DNA of 63,227 nucleotides, the filler included, from Raillietiella orientalis (lineage: Eukaryota), in NCBI GenBank assembly GCA_036172245.1. It is 8 parts of 8 records of this genome, joined end to end, with 100 filler letters (N's around TTAATTAATTAA, not from the genome) between each part and the next. Parts side by side here need not be neighbours in the genome. Positions count along the whole stretch, not along the records: positions 48,092 to 55,621 come from JAYWIR010000300.1; positions 55,722 to 63,227 come from JAYWIR010000301.1; 6 more parts are not named here. The stretch is one strand, 5' to 3'. A program made the position numbers and the translations under genes. The notes under the pieces were generated by a model. It had not been told where the DNA came from, ran no database searches, and was given only the letters and a program-made list of their open reading frames with translations. Shown here in pieces: positions 49,887-59,587 of the stretch. How positions within the stretch are numbered: the stretch's first letter is position 1; each line of letters begins with the position of its first letter.

Positions 49887-50008
49887 TTGCCCTGTGAGGG
49901 CACACAAAAATTGCCTCGGCAGTGGTTTTACGCACTGCCTTGGCGGGGTATTGGGTAAAGTTTTCAACTAGCAATAATCGCGGCTCAGTCGCCTTCCTCG
50001 CCTACGAT
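49887..50008 (-). ncRNA. U4: U4 spliceosomal snRNA, lacking about the first 19 nt
   Basis: The minus strand reads ATCGTAGGCGAGGAAGGCGACTGAGCCGCGATTATTGCTAGTTGAAAACTTTACCCAATACCCCGCCAAGGCAGTGCGTAAAACCACTGCCGAGGCAATTTTTGTGTGCCCTCACAGGGCA. It has the U4 core GCGAUUAUUGCUAGUUGAAAACUUU-CCAAUACCCCGCC, the k-turn 5' stem-loop, the 3' stem-loop, the Sm site AAUUUUUG and the terminal hairpin. Confidence 0.93.
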
Positions 50009-50144
50009 TTTCCCCAAGTCCCACAGGGGGTGGGGTGAATTTATTTTCTATAATACTACAATTTTTGCATTCGCACTCTCATTCATTCTTTACACTATCA
50101 CTTTTTCACTCTGAAGTTCTTTGAATTCACTAGAGTTCTGCTTT

Positions 50145-53100
50145 TCAGGGTGGGATTCCAGCTGGATGGTCCCGGGCGTCGTCCTCGATCCTCTTCAGGA
50201 TGAATCTGTACGTCCAGGCTTGGATTCTTCCACAGTTCCTGATGCCGATTTCCTTCTTCAGGAGTCCCTGGAGGATCTCCATCGGAGGTGCGGCTCTCCT
50301 GGCTTTCCTCATTTTCCACCACCGCACAAGTATGGCGGTGCTGAAGAGGGCGATGGTCGTCCTCACCATGGGATTGTAACAGGGAACATTACCATCTTCC
50401 TGAAACATCCCGGCGAGGATCTCCATTACGGAGCTGGTGGTCCGTCCGATGATCCTTTTCAGGATCAGCCAGTCGTGAAGCAGTGTGGGACACGTCAAGA
50501 TGTGAAGTCTTGTGTCGATGTCACCACACGCTGTGCAGTCTCTGTCTTCCCTTCTTCTCGTGAAGTGTTGTAGCCTGGACCCCGTCAGGATTCCTCCATG
50601 GTAAAACATCAGGAGGTTGTCCTGGGTGTCCGGCGGAAGGTCACTCCCTCAGAGTGTCGTTCCGATCGCCAACAGGTTGATCCTGTCACTCCCGTAGCGA
50701 TCGGCGGCTTGTTGGAGGGCACTGGTGTCGCGGTCCTCTTCTTTAATCAGTCTTCGGAGGTTCATCCTGGTTACCCTGGACCACGCGAAGTCGTTGTGGT
50801 TAATCCACACCTCGCGGGTCTGGTGGGTAAACCTCCCTAGCATCATCTCTATGTACCGAAGTACACGCGAGTGATGTAGGTAGCCTCCTCGGCGCCATTC
50901 CTGAATTCGTTGCAGGGTAACTCTGGGCCGCTGGTAGATCCAGCTTCGCGTGTCCGGAGGGACCGGAAGCATCCAGGGGATCACCACGATGGATTCTTCC
51001 AGCCAGAGTTCCCTGCTTTTCGGCACGATTTTCATCTTGTGCTTACGCACTAGCCGTTGCTTTCTCCTCCAGGTTGGGTCGATGTGGATCCATTCCCCTG
51101 CTCGTTCTAGCAGCGCAGTCACCAGGCCTTTCGAGTTGTAAAGCAACAACGCGTAGGCCCTATGCGCCGCATATGGCCAGTCATCCCAATGGGTGGCGAT
51201 ATCCAGGATGTGTCGCGTATCCATGATTTCCATGGAATGTGCAAGCGATTTCATCCCGGAGCCTCCTTCGTCCCTGGGACGACACAAGGGTTTTAGACGT
51301 ACTCTTGGGCGATAGTAGCCCCACAATGTTTTCCTTTGCAGCTTCTCGAATTCCCTCGTGGTGTCTTTGTTCATTCTTGCGAAGGCTGCTCCAAAGAGCA
51401 CCTTTGGAAGGAGTACTCCGTTCCAGAGGTTAGCCTTTCGCTTTATTCCAAAGTCCAGTCGGGTAAACTTCGCTGCTTCCTTGGCCGTTTTCTCCAGGAT
51501 TGTTGTCCACAGTAGCTTCGACGCAGAGTCGTCGCCGACGTGAACTCCCAGATATTTGGCCGTGTCCACCGTTCGGAATCCTCTCCCCGTGAGGGTGGAG
51601 AGGTCTAGTATTCCAACGGTTAGGAGCTGACTCTTCTGGCGTTGATCTTTAGCCCGAGACCTTGTTCCATCAGGTCTACCACATCCAGGAACGCCCGCTG
51701 GTTCCTCTCTCCCTTGATGAAGAAGAGGAGGTCATCGGCGTACGCCAGATGGGTGAGACGCTGGCCATCGATGGTTATTCCTTGTAGACGTTCGCTTCTC
51801 TCGATAAAGGAAGACAACGCCTCCATGTAGATGACGAACAGCATCGGACTTATGGAGTCGCCCTGCCGGACTCCCCGTTCCATCCTAATTGCTGCCGTCT
51901 CCTCGCCGTTGATTTTGATGCGGCAATACTGGTTTTTGAGTACCATCTTCACGAAGTCGCTGAAGTATTCTGGAAGGCCCAGCTTATCCAGAATCTTCAG
52001 CAGCATCCTATGGTCGATGGAGTCGAACGCCTTCTCCATGTCAGTGAACACCAGCACCAGGTTCTCGCCGACGTATCGACTGAGTCCGACGGTAGCCTGG
52101 GCACACTTGACATTGTCCAACATGCGACGGCCAGGGACCGCACATGTTTGGACTGGGGAGATCAGCTTCGGCATGACCCTGCCTAAGCGGTTGGACCAGA
52201 TCTTCGCCAACCACTTGGCATCAGAGTTCAGGACGGAGATTGGCCTCCATTGAGCGACCTGCGTAAGGTCGCCTCCTTTCGGCAACAATCTCATCCTGCT
52301 CTCATAGAAGGACTTCGGTAGTTTGCCTTCTTCGCGGATGCAGAGGGTGAGCTGTTTGAACAAACGCAGGTAGGCATGCAGCTACCGCTGGTAGTGCGTA
52401 ACTGGTACGCTATCAGGGCCTGCTGCCACGTCCTTACGTAGTTCGTCGAATGCAGCTTTCACCTCGCCTTCGGAAAACTCCTCCTCCAGTCTGTTTCGTT
52501 GGAGGTCGTCTATTCTCTTCTCGAGGTGTCCCAGAAAGGCTTGTTGTATTTGTGTAGACAAATGTTGTCGACTGAAGTGATTCTCATAATGCCGATGAAA
52601 TGCATCGAGAATATCCTCTGACGTTTCTCTCATTTGTCCCTCATGCTGGATGCAGAAGATGACTGTCGCCAGATTCTTCTTCTCCAGCACGCCGATTTCC
52701 CCTTTTACATTTTTGAAGACGTACCGACTCTCGTACTGATCGTAGTACTTTGAGAGGGAGCGATCTTGAATGTTAAGCTCCCGGTACGCTTCCTGCCTCA
52801 GTCGCTTACTCAAATACTGCATATTGCAGAATAAATGGATTTTATGCTTCAACCTGTCCCAGTCGGCTACTCTGCGGATGGTGGAGTCACGCAGGATCGC
52901 CTCGATGACCTCCTGGTTACAGGGAAGCGTCTCAAACCAGGCGGGCATGCAGATGAGCGCCGCCCTGGTGGCCTTCTTTCGTCGAGGATTCTCCGTTCGG
53001 AGGGAGAACCGTATCAGCGGGTGATCGGACAGCAGAGTTTGCACGTCGCGAAACCCCTGTATGCGGTTGTCGATCTCCGCACTGTGAAGGACGTGATCAA

Positions 53101-53662
53101 TCGGTTTGTGGTGAGCTGTTCGCCATAAGAGTCCGAAATCATCGGACAACCGACGATACGCCTCTCTTCCTCTGGCGTCCTGGGAATATTTAATCTCGTC
53201 CAGGATATTCAAGTCTCCTGCGACGATGATTATGTCCTTTGGTGCTACTCTTTTGCGGAGTTCTTCGTGTAGTTTTTCCGCGCACCGATGCTTCAACTTG
53301 TGTGGTCCGTACACGTTCACCAGGAAGAGGTGAACGTTGCTGGAACAAGACAGTCGCATGCCGATTATTCTGCCAGGTATGGGACAGAAGGTTTCCAAAA
53401 TGGTGTGGGCAAGCTCGTTTTTGATGAGGATTGCCACGCCCATGGTCTTTTTCTGTCCCTCGCTGACGAACAGTTTGCCATCAAAGCGGCGTTCCATCTC
53501 CAGGACATTTTGATTTCCCAGATGGTGGGTTTCTTGTAGGCACACCACATGTTGTTGTGCGATGTTCTGCAATCTCCTTTTTCTTTTGCCTGGGTCATTA
53601 AGTCCATTTACGTTCCAGGAAGCGATGTTAACCTTCCTGGTCGAGGACAGCGACGAGGCCAC
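50145..53662 (-). pseudogene. Family IV ORF2 (APE, RT, CCHC) with in-frame stops at 52382 and 50649 and a frameshift near 51637
   Basis: APE motifs SWNVNG, LQETH, AGDLN, IDH, SDH. RT motifs WRPIS, DMEKAFD, GVRQGDSISP, YADD, KYLG. C-terminal CTACGDIDTRLHILTC. Confidence 0.93.
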
Positions 53663-53672
53663 GTTGGGGATC

Positions 53673-55562
53673 CTACTTTTTAGCTTTTCTCGTTTTCATC
53701 TGCCTGGGAGATCTTTTCGTTCTCCCGGCAGCAGATGGTTTCTCACTTCCGGCATCGCTCTCGGTGCCGGTTTGATCTTCTGCTGGACATTCTGCCTTCT
53801 CTACTATTTTGCGTGGGAGTGTTTCTAAACTCACCATCGCACAATAATCCTGCTTAACAGCAAGAATCTGCCGTTCCATCTTATCGCGTTGTTGCGTTCC
53901 TACTATTTTGTTGATGTCTTCTTGGACTTCACACAAACGACGTAAGAGTTGCTCGTGTTCAACCTGTTCGGGTTTCTGCTGGACTTCCTTCGACAGGTTG
54001 TCCATTTCCTCAACTATTAGCAGGTCTTCCTGCGATGTCGGGGCAGGGTTATCCGCCACCGCCACTTCTTGTTCTTCTTCCGCCTTCTCGCCTTCTTCCG
54101 CAATTTCTTGGGGCTTTTCGGAGTCTTGATGCTCGTTCTCGAGCATCCTTCTCTTCCCCTTCTTCTTTACTGTCACGAAGCCGTCCTCCGATATAAGAGG
54201 GACTTCGATGGTTCTCCTCGCCTTCTCCGCAACATTTCTTTTCGGCTCTTCGGCCGGCTTTTGTGGTTTCTCTCGCACGGGAGATAGACCACGCAACGCC
54301 CTCCACTCCTCAAACTTTCCGCAGTTCCACTTGGCGAGGCCAGGGAGTTTGCAGAACGAACACGCCTCCGGCTCAAGGCACTGTCTTGCTAAGTGCCCGA
54401 TCTTATTGCAACGGTAGCAGCGTGCTTTTGTGCACGCTGTCATCCGATGCCCGAATGTTTTGCAAATGGTACAGAATGGCGGTTGCATTTTGTACCGGAA
54501 CATTACTTCAGGGGAATGATTGTCTAGGTGGTACACTGCCGGAATTTGTGCCCCATCCTTCAGCTTCATTTTCGCGAAGCCTACTCCTGCGAACACTTGT
54601 TCCACAATGTTGGGTAAAGCCGCCTGCTTTATCTCCCCAAACTGTTGAAGGAATCTCCACACCTCATTCTGTGGTGTTAGCCTGCTAACACCCGCAATGT
54701 GTACAGTGGTGGTGGACAACTCGCCCAGCCCCCGTATCATTCTACCGTTAATGTTTATTCCCTGTTCGAGAAGGGAATCTGCCAATTGTTCATCATCCGT
54801 GTGGATGCTGAAGCCACTCGCGCACGGGATGATAGCCTGCACACGGCCGAAGTCTACATTGGCTCGGTTCAGGGCGAAGTAGACCTCACGAATATTATGT
54901 ACGCGGATTAACCCGGTTCTGAATGATATTATGCGTACATTTTCTTTCTCCGGTGCCATCAGTTCCGGGACGTCTTGGAGGATTAATACCCTCGGTTTTC
55001 CATATTCCCGTGCGGGGCGTACGAAAGTGTTCGCTGCCGCCGCCGCTGCTGCATAACTCAGCGGATGCTGTGTTGGGGCATCCGAGCAAGATGGCGTCGC
55101 GTCTGGCACCCTGCGTGCCGCGTGGACGCCCGCGGGTCCCGCCTGGGATGTCGTCGCCACGGGCGCAACCCTCGTCGTTGCCATCTTCGCCGTTGCTACC
55201 GCCGCCGCAGGCAGATCCCTCGGCATCGCCACCGCAGGCGCGGCCGCTGCCGCCGCGGGCACGATCCTCGGCGTCGCCGCCGCGGGCACGACCTCCGCCG
55301 TCGTTGCCACGGGCACGAACCTCGGCATCGTCGCCGCAGGCGCGTCAACTCCCGCCGCGGGCGCGATCCTTGGCATCGCCGCCTCCTCGCCTGTGCCGCA
55401 CTGTACCTTTTCAGGGGACGTCGGCCTCCTCGTCGTTTCTCCTGCTTGCATCGTCGCGGCTGGAGCTGCCGCTGGCGAAGTTCGCAGGTCTTCTTCCCCC
55501 GTGGACTCCTGGCTGTTGCTGTTGCTGCTGCTGGCGAAGATGGTCCTTGATGGCACTGTCAC
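53673..55562 (-). CDS. Family IV ORF1 (Ala/Pro repeats, three zinc knuckles, coiled-coil-like tail)
   Basis: 629-aa open frame with CTICKTFGHRMTAC, CYRCNKIGHLARQC and CSFCKLPGLAKWNC (H to L in the third). The true start codon is uncertain. Confidence 0.9.
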   Translation of the reverse strand: MTVPSRTIFASSSNSNSQESTGEEDLRTSPAAAPAATMQAGETTRRPTSPEKVQCGTGEEAAMPRIAPAAGVDAPAATMPRFVPVATTAEVVPAAATPRIVPAAAAAAPAVAMPRDLPAAAVATAKMATTRVAPVATTSQAGPAGVHAARRVPDATPSCSDAPTQHPLSYAAAAAAANTFVRPAREYGKPRVLILQDVPELMAPEKENVRIISFRTGLIRVHNIREVYFALNRANVDFGRVQAIIPCASGFSIHTDDEQLADSLLEQGININGRMIRGLGELSTTTVHIAGVSRLTPQNEVWRFLQQFGEIKQAALPNIVEQVFAGVGFAKMKLKDGAQIPAVYHLDNHSPEVMFRYKMQPPFCTICKTFGHRMTACTKARCYRCNKIGHLARQCLEPEACSFCKLPGLAKWNCGKFEEWRALRGLSPVREKPQKPAEEPKRNVAEKARRTIEVPLISEDGFVTVKKKGKRRMLENEHQDSEKPQEIAEEGEKAEEEQEVAVADNPAPTSQEDLLIVEEMDNLSKEVQQKPEQVEHEQLLRRLCEVQEDINKIVGTQQRDKMERQILAVKQDYCAMVSLETLPRKIVEKAECPAEDQTGTESDAGSEKPSAAGRTKRSPRQMKTRKAKK

Positions 55563-55590
55563 TTACACACTTCTTTTTTTTGAAAACACT

Positions 55591-55621
55591 TGCCCTGTCA
55601 GGGCACGCAAAAAATTGCCTC
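55591..55621 (-). ncRNA. U4: U4 snRNA 3' end (Sm site plus terminal hairpin), cut by the contig end
   Basis: Reads GAGGCAATTTTTTGCGTGCCCTGACAGGGCA, three differences from the corresponding 49888-49917 segment. Confidence 0.8.
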
Positions 55622-57339
55622 NNNNNNNNNNNNNNNNNNNNNNNNNNNNNNNNNNNNNNNNNNNNTTAATTAATTAANNNNNNNNNNNNNNNNNNNNNNN
55701 NNNNNNNNNNNNNNNNNNNNNCGAAAGAAAGTAGGCTGATCCAAGATTCTTTAGAAAGAAATATCTTGAAAGAAAAGCAATATTTCAATTTTTCTCAAGA
55801 CAACGGATGAAAGACCAAGGACCTCATCCACTTGGGAGAACATTTAAAACCTCCTCGGGATAAGTAAGTGTGGACTTTCTGGAAAAACATGCAAGAAGGC
55901 TTTGCGTTGCCTGTTTAAGACTAGGAAATTTTGTAACCAAAGAACGTCGACATTTACGAAAGGGCCACGTTGTCAGTTTTCCAAGCTCATCTTCTCCAAG
56001 CAGCGAAGAAATTTGAGCACATGAAAAATCCCTCATCTAGACAGCAGGACAGCTATCTGTAGCAAAAGTGGGATCCGATCCAGTCAACTTTTTATCCGAG
56101 GCGTCTGCTTTCCCTGTTTCACAGATCAGGATGCTACGCGTGCTCACAATCTGGAGATTCCCTTCTTCCAGAAGAAGGCAGCTGTTAGCTACTCCGTCAT
56201 TACATCTTCCTTGACCTCTCTGTATATGCGAAAAACGAAAAATCGTCTGAAGTGCTGTGAAATTTCCGTACACTTTGTGAACATTGATCTGTGAAACCCT
56301 GCGGATTCACAGAGAGATGATTTTGAAAGGTAGAAAAAGCTTCCTTAACCAATGTGTACTGTTTTTAACCGATTCTTTGTAATCATAGCATGGATTGTTC
56401 TTGTCAGTGGTATTGCTTTGGTCAATTGCTTCGCGGTGAGAAAAGCTACACTTAACATCTGGTTTGACCGGTGATTGGTTTAGGAATCTTGAAAGAATCC
56501 TGAGAAAATGCTCCTCCAAAGCACGTTGGAACAGAAGTAATGGTCACAGACATCTCCAGAGCACACAGTAAAGAAGTTTCAACCTTTCGCATGTAAACTA
56601 TGCTTTCCTGCTCTGTCCCATTCCCAGGCATATGAGAATGGCCAGTAATGAGGAACAATTGAGTAGGTACAGGTACAGCATGAAACTACCGTTAGAAAAA
56701 TATTTATTGATGTGTATGCAGCAAACGTTCCCAAACCCAAAGTGCTATTGGGAAAAGGTTTTCTCGATAGATTGTCAGTTTTTCCCTCAATGATCCGGAA
56801 TTCGCGTTTGCAAGATCATTGAAACAAGAGGATGAGTAGGATTCTCGAACCCCAATTGTTTTATTGCCAGGTTTTAAATGGAACAATTTTTTTTCTTTAA
56901 TTGATAAAATCTGTGGTTAATTGAAATATCACAGAAATAAAAAATTTAGGAACTGAAATAGAAATGAATGAATTTAAGAACTGAACAAAGATTGATTGGG
57001 GATCGATAGCAAAGACGCAGTTTGAATAAATAGAGATGCTACTACATCTGAAGCACTGCGCAAATAGATCAAGACCAGTTCTTGTTCCATGGATCAAGAA
57101 AACTAAGTTTTAAGTGTAATTCTTGATATTACAGAATAATTCCTTCTCTGTGTGAGCTTGGTACCCCTCTCCGAGCAACAGATGTCACAATAGCACCGTA
57201 TCCGTCGAGTGCTTCCCTTATCGCTCTCAAGAAGCAAAAATCATTAAGTACACGAATTCACTTATGCATCCATCCTTTAACCAATTTATTAATGAATTCT
57301 TCAATGGTATCATAATTTAGAACATTTTAAAAGTGGGAG

Positions 57340-58168
57340 TACAAAATAACCATCTCTGGAAAAAAGAATAAGCAAGAAGAGCGGAGGACGGGCCACTGAA
57401 CAGACGCTGCGATTCCGAGTGCGACTCCCAATGGACTTCTGCGCGGAGGAGCGCTGCTCGATGTTCCAATTGTACATCAGAAGTGGCCCTTCCCTTCCGA
57501 CGGCAGGAGTCGGCACTACTGTTGAAGCATTGGGGACTCCCCCGCAACGCCCTCCGACACCACTGGACCTGGGGAGCGGTGAATCCCAATTATGTTGGCT
57601 GTGGTGAACGGGAGTCCCTCCTCCACCTCCTTGTGGATTGTGTTGCACTTCGGCACCATTCCTTCCGCTTTGCTGCGGACGTCGGTATCTCCTGCGGCAA
57701 CCCCAGGGACGCATTGAAAGCCGTCTTCGTTAACTACGACCTTCGGTCAACGGCCTCAATAGCAGCCTAGGGCTGCCTTCGCGGGATCGTCGACGCATAG
57801 AGCCCCGCTACGGGAAAACCACGCGATGAGGAGGCCATCCAAGGAGCCGCCCATTTCCAGAGGACGGCGTCGCGATGGTCACACCTCGTTACGCGAGAAC
57901 AAGAAAACCTTGCAGACATCCTGAGAAGGATGCAACGGCCCAGCAAAAACAGTGATCCCTTCCGGTTCACTTTTTTCATTTTTGTTTTGTTTTCTGTCTT
58001 TCCACCTTACCCCTGCTGCCTTTGTGAACCGAACCGGTCTGAGGACCGACAACCGGTGATCCGGCTGGCTTTGAGTTTCTTCGAGCGTCGTTGGAGCATG
58101 GCTCCACCCACTGACGTCTTTCTTAAAGTATATTTTTAAATAACGCCACGGCGAAATCCGCGTAAAAA
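57340..58168 (+). mobile_element. Family I element 3' fragment, degenerate
   Basis: Homologous to 1080-1919 and 10490-11324, including CGERESLLHLLVDC and the terminal hairpin plus A-run. Confidence 0.85.
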
Positions 58169-59470
58169 TCCAATGATTCTCGCAAGTCGACTGCGACCGC
58201 ATCAACGATAACCCTATACCCTCATTCCACACTGCATATTCTACCACTGAAGGCCGCTCTGAAATTCGGGTGGCGACCGTGTTCCTTATATTCACTGTAC
58301 CTCTCTACAACCGACTCCAGGTTACTGCCCAGGAACTCGAGTCTCTCGGACACCACCATGTGCAAACAGGATGTTTGCCCGCTTTTGCTAAACGCGGAAT
58401 TCCGGTGCAATCAGTACAAACAGCGGTTTTGCAAAGGGAGATGCATCAAAAAGTTCGTGTTGGTCTACAGCGCTCTCGCGGACATTCGACGGGCACCCTC
58501 GTCCCCGTCACTTCATCAGAAGGACCACCTCCCCTTATCTTGCGTGAGACAAGCTGCAGAGAGTTTCCGAGTAAGGCGGGCCCAAACAAAAGCCACGATC
58601 GCGACGGGATGCTGCATCAGAGGCATCGTCGGCACAGACCGCTCCGTGATAGCGTCTATCACTCTCAACGACACCCGTACACCCTGACAGCAGCATCATA
58701 GCGAGCACGGGTGTAGGGTGGCCTTACGCCATGTAAAATACAAATTTCCGCTGCATTTATGTTCTCAACCGCAACCAATATCCCTGAAGAAATGATTCCA
58801 ATTTTTTCAAAAATAATAGCTATCCTACAACTGCCAGTATCTAAAACATTCGTATACTATGCTTTTCCCCAGGAGCCACTACGAAAAGAAACAAGAACAG
58901 GAGTATGTAAGTTCCGGATTCTCAATTCATTGCACCTGCTCCACGTATTTTTTTCCTTTCCAGTCCCGGAAGTCTACATGAATTTTCACAAACGCGTAAG
59001 AAAAACGCTAAGCACCCCTATCTATCTAAGGGACAGTGAATACTCAGCAAGGAAAATGTAGAAAAGTTGAAAATCAATGGAGAGGAATATTGCCATTTCT
59101 TTTCTTAAGGAATGAGTTGACTAAATTCTCAGCATGTGAAGAAAAGCCTGGAGTTACATGGGAATTATTCCAGGACATGCAAACACGAAGCAAAGTAGAA
59201 ATCAGCGAAAATCTTACAACCTGACCAATTTTTTTTATCCTTATTCGAAAGTGTTTTCGGAGTACTCTCCGAGGTGTGCATTCTTCTGAAAGCAGGAAAT
59301 GACTTCGCGGTTCTTTGGAAACCAAGAGGAATAGCAAAATCTTCGTTTCAGACTGCAATTCAGACCTCTATTTCCAGACTGTAATCTAGGAATCATCGAA
59401 ACCAGAATATAGAATAAAGGTGGAACAAATAGCTGTGTTCAAATTGAAGCCAATTATTTTCCGTCTCGTA

Positions 59471-59587
59471 TGCGTGAGAATCTTTGAATCTGCGCCACAA
59501 CCCTGCAAAATTGTCACTTGTACATCCCTCAGTGCATGTGCAACTACGAGCAAGTGTGGTTGCTATGGCTATTGCTCTTATGTGTGC
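59471..59587 (+). other. Possible WAP/four-disulfide-core-like coding segment
   Basis: CVRIFESAPQPCKIVTCTSLSACATTSKCGCYGYCSYVC has eight Cys with WAP-like spacing, but CGC instead of CC. No gene model could be established. Confidence 0.35.

Larger units (their letters stand above)
50009..55590 (-). mobile_element. Near full-length Tx1/L1-type non-LTR retrotransposon, family IV copy 1 (~5.6 kb), bounded by U4 sequence on both sides
   Basis: ORF1 is open and ORF2 has three lesions. The 3' UTR ends AATAAA, C/G-rich hairpin, AAA(A). Confidence 0.95.

Noticed and set aside
49142..49897. Arg-rich and Pro-rich plus-strand ORFs (also 54923-55669)
   Set aside because: They are antisense shadows of the GC-rich Ala/Pro repeat of family IV ORF1.
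55824..56660. Short minus-strand ORFs, two in frame across one stop, as a host gene
   Set aside because: No recognisable domain. It could be a pseudogene relic, but this cannot be supported from sequence alone.
58030..58070. CTGAGGA-stem motif in the 3' UTR as a hammerhead ribozyme
   Set aside because: No GAAA follows the stem, and the motif is absent from better-preserved copies (1780-1810, 11185-11215).
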